A stretch of DNA of 32,000 nucleotides from an uncultured archaeon (GTDB lineage: Archaea > Iainarchaeota > Iainarchaeia > Iainarchaeales > JAAZKV01), in assembly GCA_964551375.1 (NCBI GenBank), contig CAZKBG010000001.1, positions 180,001 through 212,000 on the forward strand, read 5' to 3'. How positions within the stretch are numbered: position 1 is the first letter of the stretch; the number at the start of each line of letters is the position of its first letter. Positions 16,163-23,000 of this stretch are shown here, piece after piece. Under the pieces are notes generated by a model that saw only the letters and a program-made list of their open reading frames with translations, had not been told where the DNA came from and did no database searches. Position numbers and translations under genes: made by a program.

Positions 16163-16762
16163 GTGAAGAAAGTTGCTTTTTTTATAATTATTTTGATTTT
16201 TGGGTTGTTACTTTTTGGGTGTGATAACAAACAACAAAGCCAAGGTGCTCAACAAAGTCCTCAATATTTAAATTATATTAATCCAAAAGAAAATCTTACA
16301 ATTAGTTATCCGGTTGGATGGGCATATAATGAAAGCCCAGACCAATATGGATTGAGCGTTTGTTTTAATCCACCTAGTGTGCGAGGGTGTGTAATGCAAG
16401 CATATATTGTAAATTTCTCTACTATTGACCAATCGCATTGGCTTTATGGGGTTGTAAGCGAAAGTAGCTCAATTGAGGAAATTAAAGATGCTTATATCAA
16501 CACACTTAAGCCAAAAAACTCCAGCATGGATATGAATGTAACCAAAGTTGAAAAAACCACCTTGTTAGGGAATGAAGCATATCATATTGAATTTGTTGCA
16601 TCAATAAAAACGTCTTTTGAAACATTAGAATCAAAAGAGATTCATATTATTTCAAAAAACAATACATCTATTATAATACTCAAATATTCTTATCCCCCAA
16701 AAGACTTTGATTCATTTAAGCCGCAGTTTGACATATTTGTTTCATCTTTCATCCACCCATAA
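16163..16762 (+). CDS. Putative lipoprotein, function unknown
   Basis: The ORF-track N-terminus (15989) runs through the tRNA gene and is rejected. The in-frame GTG at 16163, preceded by AAGGGTG, gives VKKVAFFIIILIFGLLLFGCDNK, a signal peptide with a lipobox. ATG 16097 is an alternative start. The mature part is beta-rich with no family recognised. Confidence 0.5.
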   Translation: MKKVAFFIIILIFGLLLFGCDNKQQSQGAQQSPQYLNYINPKENLTISYPVGWAYNESPDQYGLSVCFNPPSVRGCVMQAYIVNFSTIDQSHWLYGVVSESSSIEEIKDAYINTLKPKNSSMDMNVTKVEKTTLLGNEAYHIEFVASIKTSFETLESKEIHIISKNNTSIIILKYSYPPKDFDSFKPQFDIFVSSFIHP

Positions 16763-16953
16763 ATACATCCTTATTCAGGACTAGATATATTTTATGGACA
16801 CAAACTATTGGTATTTCTCAGGCTCTCAGCGTTTATTCTTTTTGTTTTACTTAGTCGGCAAAATGCCCCTAGCTTATTCTTAAACGCCCAAAACCTGACT
16901 CTTCCGAGGTAGGTAGTATGCAGGTAGATTGGAGATTAAAACAGAATAATAAA

Positions 16954-17247
16954 ATGAACGTGATTAATTTCAGCACGAAAAGCGAGAGCAAAAGGCATTA
17001 TTTGAAAAAGTCTGAAGTGTGCTATTTTCTAAAAATGCTTAATGAGCCTTTTTGGACTGAAGCAAGAATTAATGTTGAAAGCAGGGCTGACATATACTTG
17101 CCAGAAAAGTCAGTCGCAATTGAGATTCTTGAAAGCGAAAAGCCTTCAAACATTGATGAAAAATCAAAAAAGTACGGCTGTCGGATTGTTGCGATAAATT
17201 CAGGGCAAGAACTTGACATGGATTTTATTGAAAAAGCAATTAATTAA
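16954..17247 (+). CDS. Small hypothetical protein with possible minimal PD-(D/E)xK (CoiA/Hjc-like) nuclease core
   Basis: ESRADIYLPEKSVAIEILESEK resembles the R-x-D-(I/V)...(A/V)-I-E-(I/V) core strand pair of restriction-endonuclease-fold proteins. The start is uncertain (ATG 16918 or ATG 16954). The call rests on motif level only. Confidence 0.3.
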   Translation: MNVINFSTKSESKRHYLKKSEVCYFLKMLNEPFWTEARINVESRADIYLPEKSVAIEILESEKPSNIDEKSKKYGCRIVAINSGQELDMDFIEKAIN

Positions 17248-17270
17248 AAAAACTATAACAGGGGAAGCAA

Positions 17271-17912
17271 TTATGCTTCGCCTGTAACTGTTTGAGGCAG
17301 TGTGCCGTCAAAGTCAATTTTTCCACCACTTACGCTTAAGCTGTTAATGCTTGAGCCAGAATTTTTTGCGAAGTAATTAGATATTGCCTGCGCAACGTAA
17401 TCCGAAGCAATCTTTTTCTGGTCGTCAGGAAGAGGAAGTCTTCCAAGCTCTGCAGAGTCAATCTGCATTACTACCTGCTTGCCGCTTGCGCTTACAATTT
17501 TTCCTTTAATAAAAACAGCGCCTGTAAGTTGAGGATCAACTATAAGCCCGCTTGCTTCAATAGTCCCGTCATCATTGAATTTGAATTGAGTATTTTTTAA
17601 CGGCCCCTTTGTGTTATTCTGCGCGTTCATCATTGCAGTAAACTCTTCCTGAGTGAAAGCAGTTTTTACAGGAACACTTCCTATAGAAGAATAATTGCAA
17701 GTAACACAAGTCCCTTCAACTCTTTCTAATTTCAGCCCCGGAACTTTAGCCACTCCGCTTGCATAATCCGCTGAAGAATATTTTACCCCCAAATCCCTCG
17801 GCTGGTTAGTCCCCATTATGTCAGATACTCCCGGGATAAACCCAAAATATCCTACTGTTAAAACTACTAAAATTATTACCACTACTAATCCTATTAGCCC
17901 CTTTTTTCCCAT
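17271..17912 (-). CDS. N-terminally membrane-anchored extracytoplasmic protein, unknown function
   Basis: The internal ATG at 17912 gives MGKKGLIGLVVVIILVVLTVGYFGFIPG (signal anchor). A soluble roughly 180-aa domain follows, with a CVTC pair. No family recognised. Confidence 0.45.
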   Translation of the reverse strand: MGKKGLIGLVVVIILVVLTVGYFGFIPGVSDIMGTNQPRDLGVKYSSADYASGVAKVPGLKLERVEGTCVTCNYSSIGSVPVKTAFTQEEFTAMMNAQNNTKGPLKNTQFKFNDDGTIEASGLIVDPQLTGAVFIKGKIVSASGKQVVMQIDSAELGRLPLPDDQKKIASDYVAQAISNYFAKNSGSSINSLSVSGGKIDFDGTLPQTVTGEA

Positions 17913-18035
17913 ATTACTAAACCCCCTAAAATATGCATATTCTATCAAATAATAAATACTTCTGTTCGTTTGATTTCTCTTGTTACGTTTAAAAGAATTA
18001 CTTTCTTTTTCTAAGACAATAATTGAGGTGTTTTA

Positions 18036-18491
18036 ATGAGCTTAGATGTTTATGATAAAAAAGACAATAGCCCGATGATGAGGCTTATAGGATTTGGATT
18101 TTTAGTATGGCTTGTGCCGTTTTTGGTTTCGTTTTTATTTTACACGCCACAAGGGACCCCTGCAATAAGTTCAGGATTTTTTAATTCAATAATGAGCGCA
18201 ATACTCTTAGTAGTTACTGCAATATTTTTATTGAAGTACTTTAAACACATAACAGTAAATTACCTTTCTGAAGCAATAAAAGTAGGAATAGTATGGGTAA
18301 TAATTAATGTAGCGCTTGATGTGATTGTATTAATCCCTCTTGCAAAGATGGAGCTTAGTAAATATTTTGCGGAAATCGCATTAGGCTATGTGTTAATCTT
18401 TGTAATAGCAGTATTCGCAGGATATTTGCTTGAGGAAAAAGGGGCGCACAGCAAAAAGATTTACTCGCAGATATTCTCAACAAAGAAATAA
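18036..18491 (+). CDS. Small integral membrane protein (about 4 TM), unknown function
   Basis: 151-aa ORF with a GAGGTG Shine-Dalgarno 6 nt upstream. Four hydrophobic helices are visible. Confidence 0.5.
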   Translation: MSLDVYDKKDNSPMMRLIGFGFLVWLVPFLVSFLFYTPQGTPAISSGFFNSIMSAILLVVTAIFLLKYFKHITVNYLSEAIKVGIVWVIINVALDVIVLIPLAKMELSKYFAEIALGYVLIFVIAVFAGYLLEEKGAHSKKIYSQIFSTKK

Positions 18492-18559
18492 TTGTTTTGA
18501 ATTAATTAAAATTAGGAAAAAAGCAAGTAAAATTAGGCAAGAAATAAACTTATTGTTTG

Positions 18560-18593
18560 AAGAAGTGATTAAGTTCACTTCTTTTTTATTTTT
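18560..18593. terminator. Hairpin plus T-tract between convergent genes (candidate terminator)
   Basis: AAGAAGTGA (18560-18568) pairs perfectly with TCACTTCTT (18575-18583) across a 6-nt loop. It is followed by TTTTATTTTT. The 3' arm contains the stop codon of the minus-strand gene 18575-18973. Confidence 0.4.
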
Positions 18594-18973
18594 GCGTACT
18601 TGTCAAAACTAAATATCATAAAGCTCTGAATCAAGTTCTCAAAATTCGGCCTCACGCCAAGGGTTAAGTAAAAGTCTTTGTGAATCTGTTCCTGCATGTT
18701 GGCTGGAATCTTTCTTGCAATTTTAAGCACAACCTCAACAGGAGCTCTTTTTGGACTGAAAAGAAGCCTGATTTCAGCAGGAGTTATCCTATCTTTTAAT
18801 TTAGGATTTACTCTTTCAATTTCAGCCCTAAACGCGCTAATTGCCCTTATTTGGGACTCTCTTGATGGAGGGCGCGGTTTTGTCTTAACTGGTTTGGCTT
18901 GCACAGCGGCATAAACCATTTTTTGCCCATGTTTTGTAAGAACGCCGCCTTTTTTGAATAATCTTTTTGGCAT
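18575..18973 (-). CDS. Hypothetical basic protein
   Basis: 132-aa ORF, Lys/Arg/Pro-rich N-terminus (MPKRLFKKGG...KPVKTKPRPPSR). No motif recognised. Confidence 0.4.
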   Translation of the reverse strand: MPKRLFKKGGVLTKHGQKMVYAAVQAKPVKTKPRPPSRESQIRAISAFRAEIERVNPKLKDRITPAEIRLLFSPKRAPVEVVLKIARKIPANMQEQIHKDFYLTLGVRPNFENLIQSFMIFSFDKYAKIKKK

Positions 18974-19053
18974 AAATAAATTCAGTCTTGAAAGATATTA
19001 AGCTTTTTGGTAGCAGGCTGAAAGGTTAGCGCGATTAGGATTGTAACAAATTC

Positions 19054-19063
19054 TTTTTATATT
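19054..19063 (+). promoter_or_regulatory. TATA-box-like element, implying a leaderless or near-leaderless transcript for the 19084 gene
   Basis: TTTTTATATT is centred about 25 nt upstream of the ATG at 19084. There is no Shine-Dalgarno in between. Archaeal TATA boxes sit about 26 nt upstream of the transcription start. Confidence 0.35.
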
Positions 19064-19083
19064 GATAAATTCAACTTAAGTGC

Positions 19084-19941
19084 ATGGTTGAAATATACGG
19101 CTCATGGTGTCCTGGGCTTGTTGAAGACAAGGAAGCATTAAAGCTAGTCAAAGACAGCGGAGTTCTTGCAGGAATTGAATTATCCAATGCAGAATCAACC
19201 AGCGCGCTTGAAGATGCAGGAGTAAAGTTTAATCTCCACAATCCTCTTTTTAGGAAAAAAATTGGGCTTGACCATCCATCGTTTAGGGATGAATTAATTA
19301 AAAGCCCTGAAATAGTAGTTGCGTGCAAAAAATCTTCCCCTCCAGCGCTTGGCTTTCACGCAGGATATGAGCCGCTTGAACACAAAAATATTAAAACTGA
19401 TTTAATTGCAAATCACATTCTGCGAAATCTTAAATTTTTAGACGAATCAATGGACAAGAAAATTATTTTTGAATCAGCGCCTTATGCAGAGCCGCATTTT
19501 GAAAAAGGAGATATTGACGCAGTGAGATATATTTCAAGCCCTGAATTTTTCAAGAGAATAATTTCACAGTCAAACGCAGGATACTTGTTTGACATATGCC
19601 ACAACCTTGCGTCATGGTCGACAAAATCAAGGAGAAAAGAGTACAAAGGAGAAGTAAGCGATTACTTTGCTGAAGTATTAAACTCGGTTGCAAAAGAAAC
19701 TTATCAAATGCACTTAAATTGCCCGAAAGGAAATCTAAAAGAAGGAATTTATGACGGGCATTTGCCTCTAAAACCTTCGCAGAAAAATTCCAAGCTCGCA
19801 TTAATGCTTGCAAAAGAAGTGCTTGGCGCCTGCCCTAATTTAAAAGTAATAACGCTTGAAATTAATTCAGGATTTGCTCCAAAAAAACACGCAAAATTTT
19901 TAATCAATCAGGCAAAATTAATTGAAAAAGAAATTCTTTAA
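19084..19941 (+). CDS. Xylose-isomerase-like TIM-barrel metalloenzyme (AP-endonuclease-2 / DUF692-like)
   Basis: An ordered series of likely metal-ligand motifs at barrel-strand spacing: FNLHNP, GFHAGY, IIFESAPY, GYLFDICHNLAS, QMHLNCP, YDGHLPL and VITLEIN. It resembles both sugar-phosphate isomerase/epimerase and DUF692 patterns. The subfamily cannot be decided by eye. Confidence 0.45.
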   Translation: MVEIYGSWCPGLVEDKEALKLVKDSGVLAGIELSNAESTSALEDAGVKFNLHNPLFRKKIGLDHPSFRDELIKSPEIVVACKKSSPPALGFHAGYEPLEHKNIKTDLIANHILRNLKFLDESMDKKIIFESAPYAEPHFEKGDIDAVRYISSPEFFKRIISQSNAGYLFDICHNLASWSTKSRRKEYKGEVSDYFAEVLNSVAKETYQMHLNCPKGNLKEGIYDGHLPLKPSQKNSKLALMLAKEVLGACPNLKVITLEINSGFAPKKHAKFLINQAKLIEKEIL

Positions 19942-20058
19942 AAAAAATAATCCTATTTTTTTGTAATTTTTTATAAAATGCCAATTAATTTTCACAAAAG
20001 CCAAAACCAGAAAGCCTTAAATACAACAATACCCTATGCATTTGCGGGTTTAGGGAAG

Positions 20059-20077
20059 TAATACAAATTTTGTATTA
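20059..20077. promoter_or_regulatory. Perfect 9+1+9 palindrome upstream of the giant gene (candidate operator)
   Basis: TAATACAAA-T-TTTGTATTA ends 19 nt upstream of the ATG at 20096. It lies downstream of a TATA-like CCTTAAATAC at about 20016-20025. Confidence 0.3.
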
Positions 20078-20095
20078 TTTAGAAGGGAAAATAAA

Positions 20096-23000
20096 ATGGA
20101 TCTATTTGGTTCAAGCGAAGGGTTAAACGACTCTTTTGACGACGCTGGCGACAAATTTTCAGGATTTGTTGAAGGAATAAAGAAAAATCCTCTTCCTGTT
20201 ATATTAGTAATAGTAATAGCGGCGCTTATTGTTTATATTATCATCAGCAGTATTTCAGCTCCAAAAGAGCCTGAAGAAGTATCTCCTGTTGTGATCAACG
20301 GCTCTGGAGTGGCAGGCACTATTACTGTTTTAAGAAACGGCGAAGTGGTGAGCCAAGTTGATTTAAACGGGGACATACTTGAACTTGCGCCTGATGCAAA
20401 CAGAAATTTGAATGCAAGTATTAGCGTTGCAGGAAGAAGAAATCTAATTCCAAGATCTGTCACACTCACTTCAGGAAATAGAAGAACAGTGGTGACAATT
20501 GACCCAGCTCGAACAGTAATTGATGATGAAGGAAATATTCACTACCATTTTGATTCAAACAGCGGAGCAGGATCAGGAGAAATTATAGTTGACCCTGATA
20601 CAGGAACAACAACAGTAGTAATTGACCCTAATTCAGGCGGAATGATACAATGCGATGAAGGCACAGTTCTTGAGAACGGCTCATGCGTAATAACAGCAGA
20701 TATTGATTTTACGGACTCAGACACAGGAGACGGAATTGTTATCACAATCCCATTCATTCCTGTTGTTGGCACAGTTCACATTGATGCTGAAGTAACGCAA
20801 GGATGCTTAACTATGAGCACTGGGTTAGTAAATGAACTCCCCTCAACTGGCGTTGTTAAATCAGAAATAAGATTAAGAAAAGTCTGCCCTGGCGCGGTTG
20901 ATGTTAATGCATCAGTTGAATGGATGAATGAAAGAATGGGAAATGTGGAAGTTGTGTTAAACAATCCTTCAGAATTATTAACTCCTTTGCCAAAGAAAGT
21001 TGCCCAATTCAGCTCAGGCGACACAATAACCGCAAAAGTTAATTTTGTTCCATTTAAAGAATTTGAAGGAAAAGTGGCTAATTTTAGAGTTAATTTCAGC
21101 ACAGGCGGGCAGAATTCGCTTGTAGCATTTGTAATACCAATTGAAAACCTTGAACAGTGCATAAAAGTAACTCCACAGCAAGTAATAGTTGCAAAAGGAC
21201 AGAATTCGGCAAATTTTGAAATTGATGTTTCTTCGTGCGGACAGAACAGCATTGATTTTGTGCTCTGTGACGGGGATAATTCATGCTCTGGAGGAGTGGA
21301 AGGCGGAATTGCATTAAGCTCAAGAGCATTCACGCTTAATTCATCAACTAATCCAAAAAGAACTGTTTCAGTGACAAGAGGAATAATTCCTGGAGCGTAT
21401 GGAATACCAATTAAAGCAAGCGTAAGCGGCTCAAAGAAAATTTACTTAGGCGAAGTTCTTGCAATAATAGAAAGAGCAGGAACAGAAACACTTTATCCAG
21501 ATAAATATGTAATATCGCTTCTTCCTAATTCAAAAGATTCTATTAGAATAACAAACACTAATTTAATTGAAGAAGTAAACATAAGCACAAGCGTGTGCAG
21601 TTTATACCAAAATTCACTCGGAAGAGGGGGAAGGTCATGGTGGAAACAATTAAGCGGAAATTTAAAGACGCTTGCAGGAGAAGGACTTTACGAGGAAGCA
21701 TTATCTTACGAACTTGGAACACTTGACAGAGTTACTGAACAAATGAGGGCAATGTCCACTCAAAAAAACCAGCTGATTAAAGACGCTTGGGTTGCATTTG
21801 ACAGACAGAAAGTAAAGGACAAAGTATGCGAAGCCCAAAGCACAGCATTTGACGCGTTTAAGGATGTAAATAAATTACAGTACTTAGTTTGGGAAGCAGG
21901 CGCAGTGGACCACACTTGCAGAGAACAGGGGCTTAACCTTGAAGACGACGCATGCAATGAAGAAGAAAAAATTGATTACCTTGCGTCGCTTGTTGCAAGC
22001 AAAATTACTGATATTAACAAAATTGTTCCTGAAATGAAAGCAGAACTTGACGACCAAAAAACTCAAATAACTAATCTTTCTATTCAAAAATGCGAAAGCG
22101 CGGCAGGATTAAGCAGCAAAAAAACAGCAGCAGTAACAGCAATAACAACAGCAAAAACAAAACTTAACGAATATGCTAACAAAGTCAACGCCGCAAGAAC
22201 AACAATGGTTGATTTTAATAAAAAACATGATGAAACTGATGAATTCTTTGACGCATTTGACGCAAATGTTCAGGAAGTAATGGATAGAATACAGCTTGCG
22301 CAGGACTTACTAAGCCAGGCTGATGAGAAGGTAAATTTGGCAATAGCAGATTATGATTCAGCTCTTGCAGCAGCTGCGATTGATGCTACTTACCTTGCAT
22401 CAAGCGATGATGCAAGCGCAGCAATGTACTTAGAACAGGCAATAATTGATTTACAGGACGCAAACGCATTGATTTACGAAGCAATTGATGAAGAAGTGGC
22501 TGCAAATGATATACTAAAATCATTCAAGCCAAAAATAGCTGAACAATACGCAAGAATTACTGCAATGATAAGCTTAATTGACAAGCTAAAAGAACAGATG
22601 CAGGAAGCAAAAACAATAGCCCAGCAGATAAAAACAAATATTGAGACAGCAAAATCAGACATTAATGGAATTATCGCGCCTGCTCAAAAAGCATGCGATG
22701 AGCGCGACCCAAGCACTGATAATGATAATAATGCCGAAACACCCGAAAATTCAGGGTGCTGCGAAATAGCAACAAATGCGCAGGCAATAGTAGATTCAAT
22801 GAGCACAGGATTTGTTGAAGAACAGATGACTGCGATTGACGAAATGATTCCAAAGATTGATTTATTAAAAACAGCAGTGAAACTTTATGAAACAAAAACA
22901 AAAGCTTACGGAGAACAATTGCCAAAAACACAGGCAACAGTTCAAAAAGCTGTTGACGCATTAAAAGTAATGACTGATAATAATGTATTCCAGCCTCCGA

